From Actinomycetota bacterium (GTDB lineage Bacteria > Actinomycetota > Acidimicrobiia > IMCC26256 > VFJJ01), in assembly GCA_009886115.1 (NCBI GenBank), contig VFJJ01000014.1, positions 1 through 44,229 on the forward strand: 44,229 bases of DNA, read 5' to 3'. The translations under genes and the position numbers were made by a program. The first letter of the stretch is position 1; each line of letters starts with the position of its first letter. Under the pieces are notes generated by a model. It searched no databases and was not told the DNA's origin. It worked only from the letters and a program-made list of their open reading frames with translations. Below are positions 30,565 to 40,208 of this stretch, one piece after another.

Positions 30565-31740
30565 CTACTTGCGGGGGAGGCCGAGCACACGCTCGGCGAT
30601 CACGTTGCGTTGGATCTCGTTGGTTCCCGCGTAGATGGGCCCGGCCAGGGCGAACATGAACGAGCTCATCCAGGCTCCGTGGTCGACGGCGTCGGGCGCC
30701 CCCTCCACGAGCGGAGCCCGGGACCCGAGCAGGCGCAGCGCAGCCTCGTTCAGGCGGATGTCCATCTCCGACCAGAAGACCTTGTTGACGCTCGATTCGG
30801 GGCCCATGGTCGCGCCCTGGGCCAGGCGGGTGACCGTCTGGAGCGTGTTGAGCTGGTAGGCCTCGGCGTCCATCCAGGCCTCGACGACGGCGTCACGGGC
30901 GCCCTGCTCGTCGTGTGTGGGCGCGCCGATGCGGTGGTGGAGGTCGACGAGGCGGGCGGCGGCGGCCATGAATCGGCCCGGTGAACGCAGGGTGAGCCCC
31001 CGCTCGGAACCGGTCGTGGCCATGGCGACGTCCCAGCCCCGGTCGACCCCGCCGAGCACGGCACTGTCGGGCGCGAAGGCACCGTCGAAGAACACCTCGG
31101 CGAAGCCGGCATCGCCGTCGAGCTTGTCGACGGGCCGGACGTCGACGCCGTCCTGATCGAGGTCGACGAGCAGGTAGCTCAGGCCCCGGTGACGATCGGC
31201 CGCGGGATCGGTGCGGAACAGGCCGAAGAGCTTGGTGGCGAAGGCGCCCCTGGTCGTCCAGGTCTTCTGCCCGTGCAGCCGCCAACCGCCAGCGGCGTCG
31301 TCGCGGACACCCGTCGACCGGATGCCGGCCAGGTCCGACCCGGCGTTGGGTTCCGACCAGCCCTGGCACCAGATGTCGTCGACACCAGCCATGCGGGGCA
31401 GGATCTCGTCGCGCTGCTCCTGCGTGCCGAACTCGAAGATGCTCGGCGCGAGGAGGAAGATGCCGTTCTGGGCGACCCGTTGCGGCAGTCCGATCCGGTA
31501 GTACTCCTCCTCGAAGATGAGCCACTCCCACAGCGACGCCTCGCGCCCGCCGTACTCTCGGGGCCAGCTCACCACGGCCCAGCCGGCCTCGAACAGACGC
31601 CGTTCCCAGGCGCGGTTGACGGGGAAGCCCTCGAACGTGTCGCCGTGGGGCAGTGGCTCGCGAGGCGCGTTGGCCTCGAGCCAGGCCCGGGCCTCGGCGC
31701 GGAACTGGTCCTCGGCCGGAGTCCAACGCAGGTCCATCAT
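30565..31740 (-). CDS. Acyl-CoA dehydrogenase, FadE31-like
   Basis: WCQGWSEPNAGSDLA, GQKTW, ERGLTLRSPGRF, KVFWSE, FALAGPIYAGTNEIQRN; recalled similarity to M. tuberculosis FadE31. Confidence 0.92.
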   Translation of the reverse strand: MMDLRWTPAEDQFRAEARAWLEANAPREPLPHGDTFEGFPVNRAWERRLFEAGWAVVSWPREYGGREASLWEWLIFEEEYYRIGLPQRVAQNGIFLLAPSIFEFGTQEQRDEILPRMAGVDDIWCQGWSEPNAGSDLAGIRSTGVRDDAAGGWRLHGQKTWTTRGAFATKLFGLFRTDPAADRHRGLSYLLVDLDQDGVDVRPVDKLDGDAGFAEVFFDGAFAPDSAVLGGVDRGWDVAMATTGSERGLTLRSPGRFMAAAARLVDLHHRIGAPTHDEQGARDAVVEAWMDAEAYQLNTLQTVTRLAQGATMGPESSVNKVFWSEMDIRLNEAALRLLGSRAPLVEGAPDAVDHGAWMSSFMFALAGPIYAGTNEIQRNVIAERVLGLPRK

Positions 31741-31789
31741 GAGGCGGCGGGCTCCGAGACGAGCGACGGTGCGAGCGACGATACGAGCA

Positions 31790-33004
31790 TCAGCGGGTGA
31801 CGATCACCGACGAGCCGTGGCCGAACAGGCCCTGGTTGACCGTGAGCCCGGCCGTGGCCCCCTCGACCTGCCGCCCACCGGCTTCGCCACGGAGTTGCCA
31901 GGCCAGCTCGCACACCTGGGCGATGGCCTGTGCCGGGATGGCCTCGCCGAAGCTGGCGAGCCCGCCGCTGGGGTTGACGGGGATCCGTCCGCCGATGGTG
32001 GTGGCGCCGCTGCGGAGGAGTGCCTCGGCCTCGCCGGGTGCGCACAGGCCGATGTTCTCGTACCAGTCGAGCTCGAGCGCGTCGGACAGGTCGTAGACCT
32101 CGGCCAACGAGAGATCTTCGGGACCGATCCCAGCTTCCTCGTACGCCTCATGGGCGATGGAGTCGCGGTAGCTGATCGCCGGCAATGACACGCCCAGGCC
32201 GGCTCCCGAGTCGGTGGCCAGGTCGGGCATGTCGAGGTACGTGTTGGGATACCGCGGCGTCGCCGTCGAGACCGCGGCGATCGTGACGGGACGGGCGCCC
32301 CGGCCCGCGGCCCGATGACGACGTGCGTACTCGGTGCTGGCGAGCACGATCGCAGCCGCACCGTCTGACGTGGCACAGATGTCGAGGAGACCGAGCGGAT
32401 CGGCGACGATGGGCGCCCCGAGCACCTCCTCGACCGTGAACGGCTTCGAGTAGCGGGCGTTGGGGTTGGTGAGCCCGTGCTTGGCGTTCTTCACCTTGAC
32501 CAACGCGAAGTCCTCGCGGGTCGCGCCGTGCAGGGCCATGCGACGACGGGCGTAGAGAGCGAAGTAGGTGGGGTTGGTTGCGCCGACGAGACGGAAACGC
32601 AGCCAGTCGGGATCGTCCCAGCGCTCGCCGGGCAGCGGGCCGAAGAACCCCTTGGGCGCGGTGTCGGCTCCGATGACGAGCGCCACGTCGCACAGACCCG
32701 CCAGGATCTGCGCTCGGCCGATGCTCAGCGCGACGGCCCCCGTGGCACAGGCCGCGAACACGCTCGAGCTGCGGATCCCCTGCCACCCCAAGGCCTGCTG
32801 GAACGTGGCGCCCGAGACGTACCCCGGGTACCCGTTGCGCATCGTGTTGCCGGCCGAGACGTACTGGATGTCGTCCCACCCGAGACCGGCGTCGGAGAGC
32901 GCGTTGTGTGCGGCGACCGTCCCGTACTCCCAGAAGGGCCGGCCCCACTTCCCCCACGGGTGCATCCCGACCCCGAGGACGGCGACGTCGTGGTCACGGC
33001 TCAT
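31790..33004 (-). CDS. SCP-x-type thiolase-like lipid-transfer protein
   Basis: GVGMHPWGKWG, ACATG, ICATSDGAAA, AEVYD, PVNPSGGL; ATGA-coupled to the DUF35 gene. Confidence 0.92.
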   Translation of the reverse strand: MSRDHDVAVLGVGMHPWGKWGRPFWEYGTVAAHNALSDAGLGWDDIQYVSAGNTMRNGYPGYVSGATFQQALGWQGIRSSSVFAACATGAVALSIGRAQILAGLCDVALVIGADTAPKGFFGPLPGERWDDPDWLRFRLVGATNPTYFALYARRRMALHGATREDFALVKVKNAKHGLTNPNARYSKPFTVEEVLGAPIVADPLGLLDICATSDGAAAIVLASTEYARRHRAAGRGARPVTIAAVSTATPRYPNTYLDMPDLATDSGAGLGVSLPAISYRDSIAHEAYEEAGIGPEDLSLAEVYDLSDALELDWYENIGLCAPGEAEALLRSGATTIGGRIPVNPSGGLASFGEAIPAQAIAQVCELAWQLRGEAGGRQVEGATAGLTVNQGLFGHGSSVIVTR

Positions 33005-33480
33005 GACGGGTTCCCTCCCGGGGCGATGGCACCCGACGCGTGCGTGCTCGCCACGGGTCGCCACTTCCAGACGAGGTGCTCGACGCCATCCGACACGTCG
33101 AGGACCTCCACGACGAGCTCGACCTCCATGCCCACGTGGAGCGCATCGGTGTCGACCCCGCGGGTGAGCTGACCCATGACGACCATCTGCTCGAGCTCGA
33201 GCTCGACGGCGGCCACGGCGTAGGGCTCGAAGGGATCGCCGGCCACGTACGGCGGGGGAGGCGCGAAGCGGTTGTCGGTGTACGACCAGATGCGGCCCCG
33301 GCGCGAGAGTGCCACCTCGTCGAGCTCGCGGCTCGTGCATCGCGGGTTCTTGCAGAAGAACAGCTGCTTGGGGAAGAAGTACGACCGGCACTCCCGGCAT
33401 TGGCTCCCCGTGAGCGTCGGTTCGTCGCCGGTGCTGAACCAGCCGGCGATCACCGGTACGGGTTCGGGTGTTGAGGTCAT
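33001..33480 (-). CDS. DUF35 Zn-ribbon/OB-fold protein
   Basis: CREC..YFFP...CKNPRC, GRIWSYT, GMEVEL; usual partner of SCP-x thiolases. Confidence 0.92.
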   Translation of the reverse strand: MTSTPEPVPVIAGWFSTGDEPTLTGSQCRECRSYFFPKQLFFCKNPRCTSRELDEVALSRRGRIWSYTDNRFAPPPPYVAGDPFEPYAVAAVELELEQMVVMGQLTRGVDTDALHVGMEVELVVEVLDVSDGVEHLVWKWRPVASTHASGAIAPGGNPS

Positions 33481-33519
33481 GGCGTGACGATACCGGCGCG
33501 GAGCCGGCGGGCGCGACTC

Positions 33520-34416
33520 CTACCGATCGGCGTCGGTCCCGACGAGGCGGCGCTCGCCGATCCGTGCCGGGCCGGCCATTTCGGCGCCCTGCGCGTCGAT
33601 GCCCTGCGCGGCGAGCAGGCGGCGGTACACCTCGTCGGCACCGAGCACCGCCAACGCTCGCCGGGCGACGGCCGACGAGCCTGCTGCGCGAACAGATTCA
33701 CGTACGGGCTCGCGTACAGGCTCAGACTCACGTACAGGCACGGGACGTGACGCGTACGTCGGGACACGTTCGTTCGCAGACGCCCGTCGGGCGACGACGG
33801 TGTCGGCGCCGACCACGGTCCGCGCCGTCACGGGAGGGTCGCCGACGGGGTAGGACGGCACCTGGTGGTGGTGTGCGTTCTCCCCGGGGAGCCTGACCGT
33901 GCCCAGCGCGCGCGCCGTGGCGCGGAGCTGCGCATCGAGCACGAGCCCGGGATGCGCGCTGCAGAGCAGCGTGAGCTCGTCGCCGATCGCGCCGACCCGA
34001 TCGGCATGCCTCGACGACCACTGGTCCTCGCGATGGCGGGCCCGGGCGCCCTCGGCGAGCATGGTGGTGCCCGGGCTCGAGAGGAACGACGCCAGTCCCG
34101 GCTGGTAGTCCCACGTCGGACCGAACTGGGTGTCGGGCGTGCGCCGGGGGTCGAAGCGCAACGCACGGGCGTACGCCAGGGGGAGGCCGACGGCGACGGT
34201 CACGATCGCCTGGTTCTCGTGGTCGAAACGGATGGGCACGATCAGGTTGGCGTTCACCCGCATCCCGGTCGTCTCGAGATCGTCGAGCTCGACGGCTCCG
34301 TCCGCAGGCAGACCCGATGCGGCCATCCCATCGGACGCATGGATGGCGCAGGTCTCGCCGACGCGCACCTCGTGGTGGCATCGGGTACCTCGTGCAGTCG
34401 TGCCGACGCAGCGCAC
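33520..34416 (-). CDS. Hypothetical protein with N-terminal C-x9-C-x9-C-x2-H zinc-finger-like motif
   Basis: GAGGAGG 6 nt before GTG at 34416; RCVGTTARGTRCHHEVRVGETCAIH; fills the whole gap between its neighbours. Confidence 0.7.
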   Translation of the reverse strand: MRCVGTTARGTRCHHEVRVGETCAIHASDGMAASGLPADGAVELDDLETTGMRVNANLIVPIRFDHENQAIVTVAVGLPLAYARALRFDPRRTPDTQFGPTWDYQPGLASFLSSPGTTMLAEGARARHREDQWSSRHADRVGAIGDELTLLCSAHPGLVLDAQLRATARALGTVRLPGENAHHHQVPSYPVGDPPVTARTVVGADTVVARRASANERVPTYASRPVPVRESEPVREPVRESVRAAGSSAVARRALAVLGADEVYRRLLAAQGIDAQGAEMAGPARIGERRLVGTDADR

Positions 34417-34519
34417 CCGGGCCTCCTCACAGCGATCGGTTCGCCACACCATCGGCCAGTTCCGGGCTTGTCTGGAGCAGCCACCTTCACCGAGGACGGG
34501 GCCGTCCCGGCGGCCCCGC

Positions 34520-35308
34520 TCATGCGACCCAGGCGCGCCACCGCCGGCGGAACGCGGCGTCGAAGACCTGGAAGCGGCTTCTCAGCGCCTCGGCGGGCCA
34601 ACCGGGGGGCTCGAGCGGACCCGGCAGCAACGGATCGGCGCGCAGGTGACGCAACATCGCGGCGTCGAGCGAGAAGACCGTCGCCAGGTGCGAGCCCGTC
34701 GCCGACGCGGCGTCGAGCGCGAGCAGCAGTGCGTGGGCGCTCGCCGCCCAACCGTCGAGATCGAACACCGTCCGGGCCAGGTCGCGGGGATCGCCCGCGG
34801 GGCGAGCCGTGAACCTGGACGCAACGATCCCGCCCGGCTCCGACCCCTCGGAGCCCTCGGCAAGCTCGGCGATCAGCGGTGCGTCCCCGGTGTCGAGGAG
34901 GTTGTCGGGTCTGAGCCACACGCCCTCTCGCAGCTCGCCGAGCCGCGCCGCCCGGAGGCCGCGGCGCAGCGACCTGCGGGCAGCAGGCAGCCGGCCGGCG
35001 TCGCCCAGCACCAGCACCGTCCAGGAGCCATCCCACTCGCGCAGGTGCGGCGATCGGCTCACGTCGAGGCCGCGCTGACGCGCGGCGAGGGTGCCCGTGA
35101 GGAGGTAGCGGCCGTCCCGGTTCTCGACCTCGCCGCGGGTCGCCATGCGAGACAAAGCCACCCGGGTGGTCCCCTCGCTGATGCCGAAGGCGGCCGCGGT
35201 GCGTACCAGGACCGCGACCGGGAGCTCGGGAGGATGGGAGCCGAGCAGGGTCGAGGCCAACACCGAGCGTGCGTTCAGCGGTCGTACCAGGCCGGGCACG
35301 GCCTCCAC
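34520..35308 (-). CDS. PaaX-family transcriptional regulator
   Basis: ARSVLASTLLG, FGISEGTTRVALSRM (winged helix), WDGSW, ELREGVWLRPDN, DPLLP..LEP.GWP. Start uncertain; the frame is open to 35395. Confidence 0.88.
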   Translation of the reverse strand: MEAVPGLVRPLNARSVLASTLLGSHPPELPVAVLVRTAAAFGISEGTTRVALSRMATRGEVENRDGRYLLTGTLAARQRGLDVSRSPHLREWDGSWTVLVLGDAGRLPAARRSLRRGLRAARLGELREGVWLRPDNLLDTGDAPLIAELAEGSEGSEPGGIVASRFTARPAGDPRDLARTVFDLDGWAASAHALLLALDAASATGSHLATVFSLDAAMLRHLRADPLLPGPLEPPGWPAEALRSRFQVFDAAFRRRWRAWVA

Positions 35309-35352
35309 ACCCACCGGGCGGCCCGCCGAACGCCCCGGCTCGAGCGCCCCGC

Positions 35353-35397
35353 TATCACATTCTTGGCTCATACGGTGCTGAAGTGTAATATGCATCG
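35353..35397 (+). promoter_or_regulatory. Leaderless desaturase promoter with overlapping inverted repeat (candidate operator)
   Basis: TTGGCT (35363)-N17-TAATAT (35386)-N6-ATG; TATCACA (35353-35359) and TGTAATA (35384-35390) form a 6/7 inverted repeat. Confidence 0.6.
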
Positions 35398-36351
35398 ATG
35401 ACGGCGACGACGATGGTCCCCGCCCCCGGCCTGCTCCCCGACACGCTCCCGCGGGGTGATCTCAGCGCCGACGGTCGCCCGACCGGCGAGCTGCGCACAA
35501 CGCTCCGGCGCATCCCCTCGCTCCGCAACGGGTTCACGGTGCTCGCCGCGCTGGTGCAGTCGGTCGGCGTGTACGTGGCCGCCGGTCTCATCGACCGTTG
35601 GTGGGTGTGGCCCATGGCGTTCGTGCTCGTCGGACGGGGCTTCGTGCTCCTGAGCATCCTCGCCCACGAGGCTGCGCACCGCCTGCTGTTCGCCCGGCGC
35701 TCGCTCAACGACACCGTCGGCCGGTGGCTCACGGCCTACCCGGCGTTGTTGCCCATCGACGTGTACCGGCGGGCGCACATGGCCCATCATCGTCACGAGT
35801 TCGGCCCCGACGAGCCCGACCTCGGCCTCTACCGGGGCTATCCGATCACCCCGGCGTCGTTGCGCCGCAAGCTCGTTCGCGACGCGTGCTTCGTGTCGGG
35901 CTGGAAGAACCTCCGCCCGCTCGGTCGGGCTCTCCGTCGTCGTTCGCCCGACGCCTGGGGGATCGTCGCCGCGCAGGCAGTGCTGCTCGTCGCCGGTGTG
36001 CTGCTCGGGCACTGGTGGATGTATCCGGTGCTCTGGCTGGCGCCGTGGATGACGGTGTGGCGGGTGCTCAACCGGCTCCGGGCGATCGCCGAGCACGCAG
36101 GGATGGAGGAGTCGCGCGACCGGCGGCGCACCACGCACGTCGTGCGCCAGAGCCCCCTGGCCCGATGCTGGATCGTGCCCTACCGCACCGGATGGCACCT
36201 CGCGCACCACGTCGACTCCGGCGTGCCGTTCCGTGCGTTGCCACGCCTGCATGACGAGCTCGTGGCCGCCAGATGGGTGCCGCCGGGGCTCGAGTGGCGG
36301 TCGTACCGCGCCCTGTGGCGAGCACTGCGGGCCGCCCCGCCCGCCGCCTGA
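35398..36351 (+). CDS. Membrane fatty acid desaturase family protein
   Basis: His boxes HEAAH, HMAHH, HLAHH, plus AEH. Confidence 0.92.
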   Translation: MTATTMVPAPGLLPDTLPRGDLSADGRPTGELRTTLRRIPSLRNGFTVLAALVQSVGVYVAAGLIDRWWVWPMAFVLVGRGFVLLSILAHEAAHRLLFARRSLNDTVGRWLTAYPALLPIDVYRRAHMAHHRHEFGPDEPDLGLYRGYPITPASLRRKLVRDACFVSGWKNLRPLGRALRRRSPDAWGIVAAQAVLLVAGVLLGHWWMYPVLWLAPWMTVWRVLNRLRAIAEHAGMEESRDRRRTTHVVRQSPLARCWIVPYRTGWHLAHHVDSGVPFRALPRLHDELVAARWVPPGLEWRSYRALWRALRAAPPAA

Positions 36352-36364
36352 GCGGCCCAGCGGC

Positions 36365-38236
36365 TCAGCGCTGGACGTCGTCCTCTGCGTTGAGGTGGTA
36401 GGGGACCGACGTCACCACGGTGCCCTCGCGGAACAGCAGCTTGCCCTTGAGGCGTAGGGCCGACTGGTTGTGCAGGAGCTGCGCCGACCAGTTCGCCACG
36501 ACGAACTCGGGGATGACCACGGTGATGGTGTCGTTCGACCAGCGGTCGTCGAGCTCGTCGACGTAGCGCATGACGGGCTCGACGAGCTCACGGTACGGCG
36601 AGTGCACGATCTCGAGGGGCACGTCGAGGCCGAACTCCTCCCACTGGGCCTCGATCTCCTCGCGATCGTGGTCCTCGAACGAGACGAAGACCGCCACAAG
36701 ATGTTGCGGCCGCAATGACTTGGCGTAGTCGAGGGCCTTCAGCACGCCGCGGTGAACCCGACCCACGAGCACGACCACCGTGTGGTTGACCGATTCTCGC
36801 TGTACCTGAGCGGGCACCACCGCCAGGGCTGCGCCGACACGTCGGTAGTGACGCTTGATCGACATGAACAAGAAGATGATCATCGGTACCACGATGATCG
36901 GGACCCAGGCGCCGATCGTGAACTTCGTGATGCCCACGATGAGGGTGACCGCTCCGGTGGCGACTGCGCCGACGAAGTTGATGGCGACGCCGGACTTCCA
37001 GTTGGGCTCTCGCAGCTTGCGGTGATGCACCACCATCCCGGCCTGGGAGAGGGTGAACGAGGTGAACACGCCGATGGCGTACAAGGGGATCAGCCGGGTC
37101 GTGACCCCACCGAACACGATGATGAGGATCCCGGCGAACACCGCCAGGAAGAGCACGCCGTTCGAGAAGACCAGCCGATCGCCCCGGTTCGAGAGCTGAC
37201 GGGGGAGGTACCCGTCCCGGGCGATGATCGACGACAAACGGGGGAAGTCGGCGTAGGCGGTGTTGGCGGCGAGGACGAGGATGGCCGCCGTGGCGAGCTG
37301 CAGCACCCAGTAGAACACGCCGTCGCCGATGCTGACCCGGGCCATCTGGGAGATGACCGTCACCTCGTGGCTCGGGTACGGGCGCACCTTGTGGGCCAGG
37401 ATCGACACGCCGAGGAACAGCGCTCCGAGGATGGCCCCCATCCAGACCATGGTGTTCGCCGCGTTCTTGGCCTCGGGCTTGCGGAAGGCCGGCACGCCGT
37501 TCGAGATGGCCTCGACGCCCGACAGCGCCACGGCGCCCGACGAGAACCCGCGGAGGATGAGGAAGAGCCCGAGCGTGCCGCCCGACTCGAGCATCGCCTC
37601 CGACTGCTCGGCGTCGTACGGCACCTGATCGAGGTCGCCCATGAGCCCCTTGACCAGGGCGATGCCGAGCATGACCGACAGGCTCACGATGTACAGGTAC
37701 GTCGGGACGGCGAAGATGCGGCCCGACTCCTTGATGCCCCGAAGGTTCATCATCGTCACGAGCGCGATGAGCGCCAGGCACAAGAGGACGCGATGCTGAG
37801 CGAGGTCGCGGAACGTGGGGATCGAGATGATCGCGGAGACGCCGGCCGCGATCGACACGGCGACGGTGAGGATGTAGTCGATGAGCAGTGAGGCCCCGGC
37901 CACGAGTGATGGGGCCTCCCCCAGGTTCTCCCGGCTCACGATGTACGACCCGCCGCCGCTCGGGTAGGCGAAGATCGTCTGGCGATACGACACCACCACG
38001 ATCACGAGCAGCACCAAGACCCCGATGGCGATCGGGATGAGCACCGACAGGCCCAGCGTCAGCGATGACGCGCCCAACGCGGTGACGAAGAGGATCTCCT
38101 CGGTGGCGTAGGCCGTCGACGAGATGGCGTCGGACGAGAACGTCGCCAACCCGATCCGCTTCGAGAGGCGCTGGTGCTCCTGCTCGGTGGTGGCGATCGG
38201 GCGACCGACGAGGAGGCGCTTCATCCATCCGAGCAC
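36365..38236 (-). CDS. APC-family permease, KimA/YdaO-like K+ transporter (copy 1)
   Basis: FSSDAISSTAYATEE, YPSGGGSY, LIDYILTVAVS, SGVEAISNG, LIPLYAIGVF; C-terminal HSPYREL...LHNQ domain. Start 38236 or 38224. Confidence 0.93.
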   Translation of the reverse strand: MLGWMKRLLVGRPIATTEQEHQRLSKRIGLATFSSDAISSTAYATEEILFVTALGASSLTLGLSVLIPIAIGVLVLLVIVVVSYRQTIFAYPSGGGSYIVSRENLGEAPSLVAGASLLIDYILTVAVSIAAGVSAIISIPTFRDLAQHRVLLCLALIALVTMMNLRGIKESGRIFAVPTYLYIVSLSVMLGIALVKGLMGDLDQVPYDAEQSEAMLESGGTLGLFLILRGFSSGAVALSGVEAISNGVPAFRKPEAKNAANTMVWMGAILGALFLGVSILAHKVRPYPSHEVTVISQMARVSIGDGVFYWVLQLATAAILVLAANTAYADFPRLSSIIARDGYLPRQLSNRGDRLVFSNGVLFLAVFAGILIIVFGGVTTRLIPLYAIGVFTSFTLSQAGMVVHHRKLREPNWKSGVAINFVGAVATGAVTLIVGITKFTIGAWVPIIVVPMIIFLFMSIKRHYRRVGAALAVVPAQVQRESVNHTVVVLVGRVHRGVLKALDYAKSLRPQHLVAVFVSFEDHDREEIEAQWEEFGLDVPLEIVHSPYRELVEPVMRYVDELDDRWSNDTITVVIPEFVVANWSAQLLHNQSALRLKGKLLFREGTVVTSVPYHLNAEDDVQR

Positions 38237-38273
38237 GAGGGCCGACGCTACTCCGGCCGACCGACTCGATCGA

Positions 38274-40208
38274 TCATCCCGGCGTCTCCGGCGTGGCCGA
38301 AGGCGCCGCCATCGTGGCGTTGGGAGTGGGGGTGGGGGCCCGGCTCGATGCTTCGGGCTCGACGTGGTAGGGGACCGAGGTCACGACGGTCCCGGGCCGG
38401 TAGAGCAGCCGTCCCTTCAGGCGCAGGGCCGACTGGTTGTGCAGCGCCTGTTCCCACCAACGCCCGACGACGAACTCGGGGATGACCACGGTGATGCGGT
38501 CGTTGTGCCAGCGCGTGTCGAGCTCCTCGAGGTAGCGCTCGACGGCGTTGACGAGCTCGCGATAGGGCGAGTGCACCAGCTCGAGGGTGACGTCGATCCC
38601 GAAGCGCTCCCATTGGTCCTCCATCTCGATCCGGTCTTCGTCCTCGAACGTGACGTAGACCGCGACGAGATGTTGGGGGCGCAGCGACTTGGCGTACTCG
38701 AGGGCCTCGACCACACCTCGATGGATCTTGCCCACGAGCACCACGACGGTGTGGTTGGGGAACCCTCGCCGCACCTCGTGCGGTGCGAGCATCAACGCCA
38801 TGTTGACCCGGTCGTAGTGGCGCCGGATGCCGCTGAAGAGCGCGATCACGGTCGGGATGACCACGATCGGCAGCCACGCGCCCTTCGAGAACTTCGACAC
38901 GGCGACGATCACCAGCACCACGAACGTCATGGCGGCGCCAACCCCGTTGACGACCGCCCGAAGCTTCCATCCCGGGTCGCGGAGGTTGCGACCCCGAGCC
39001 ACCATGCCGAGCTGCGAGAGCGTGAACGACGTGAACACGCCCACGGCATAGAGCGGGATGAGCGCCGTGGTGATCCCACCGAAGGCCACGAGCAGCGCCC
39101 CGGCCGAGACGGCGAGGAAGAGGATCCCGTTCGAGAACACGAGCCGGTCGCCCCGGTTCGCGAACTGGCGGGGGAGGAACCCGTCCCGGGAGATGATCGA
39201 CGACAGGCGTGGGAAGTCGGCGAAGGCGGTGTTGGCGGCCAGGGTCAAGATGGCCGCGGTGGCGAACTGGAGGATCACGTGCAGCGGGCCCTCGCCGAAC
39301 ACGACCCGGCCCATCTGGGAGATCACGGTCTCGTCGTGCGTCGGATAGGGCTCGACGTGCCTGGCGAGCACCGAAACACCGAGGAACAACGTGCCCAGGA
39401 TGATTCCCATCGTCCGCAGTGTCGAGGCCGCGTTCTTGGCTTCGGGCTTCTTGAACGCAGGAACGCCGTCGGCGAGCGCCTCGATCCCGGTGAGGGCCAC
39501 CGCCCCCGACGAGAAACCCTGGAGGAGCACCAGGGTGGTCAGGGTGCCCCCGGCGAACAGGTCGCCCTCGAAGGCCTCGGGGTCGAACGGCACGGTGCCG
39601 ATCCCGCCGCCGAGGAACTCCTTGCCGAGTCCGTATCCGATGAGCGTGGTGATCATCACGATGTAGACGTACGTGGGCACCGAGAACACCGCGCCCGACT
39701 CCTTCATGCCCCGGAGGTTGGCGACGGCGATGAGCAGGATCAGACCCAGGCCGAGCAGGACCCGCTGGTCCCTGAGGTCGCGAAAGGCCGGGATGGAGAT
39801 GATGGCCGCGACCCCGGCCGAGATCGACACCGCGACGGTGAGGATGTAGTCGACCAGCAACGACGCTCCCGCGATCAGCGACGGCAGCCGACCGAGGTTG
39901 TCGCGGCTCACCAGGTACGAGCCGCCCCCCTTGGGGTAGGCGAAGATCGTCTGCCGGTACGACGTGACGACGATGGCGATCAGGAACGCCACGACGATGC
40001 CGATGGGGATGAGCGTGTCGAGCCCCAGCAGCAGGCTCGATCCACCCACGGCCGTGACGAAGAGGATCTCCTCGGTCGCGTACGCGGTCGACGAGATGGC
40101 GTCGGACGAGAACGTCGCGAGTGCGACCTTCTTCGAGAGCTTCTGGTGATCCTGATCGACCGTAGCGATGGGTCGACCGAGGAAGATCCGCTTCAACGGG
40201 TGAGACAT
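38274..40208 (-). CDS. APC-family permease, KimA/YdaO-like K+ transporter (copy 2)
   Basis: Same motifs as copy 1, with TGIEALADG; intact. Confidence 0.93.
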   Translation of the reverse strand: MSHPLKRIFLGRPIATVDQDHQKLSKKVALATFSSDAISSTAYATEEILFVTAVGGSSLLLGLDTLIPIGIVVAFLIAIVVTSYRQTIFAYPKGGGSYLVSRDNLGRLPSLIAGASLLVDYILTVAVSISAGVAAIISIPAFRDLRDQRVLLGLGLILLIAVANLRGMKESGAVFSVPTYVYIVMITTLIGYGLGKEFLGGGIGTVPFDPEAFEGDLFAGGTLTTLVLLQGFSSGAVALTGIEALADGVPAFKKPEAKNAASTLRTMGIILGTLFLGVSVLARHVEPYPTHDETVISQMGRVVFGEGPLHVILQFATAAILTLAANTAFADFPRLSSIISRDGFLPRQFANRGDRLVFSNGILFLAVSAGALLVAFGGITTALIPLYAVGVFTSFTLSQLGMVARGRNLRDPGWKLRAVVNGVGAAMTFVVLVIVAVSKFSKGAWLPIVVIPTVIALFSGIRRHYDRVNMALMLAPHEVRRGFPNHTVVVLVGKIHRGVVEALEYAKSLRPQHLVAVYVTFEDEDRIEMEDQWERFGIDVTLELVHSPYRELVNAVERYLEELDTRWHNDRITVVIPEFVVGRWWEQALHNQSALRLKGRLLYRPGTVVTSVPYHVEPEASSRAPTPTPNATMAAPSATPETPG

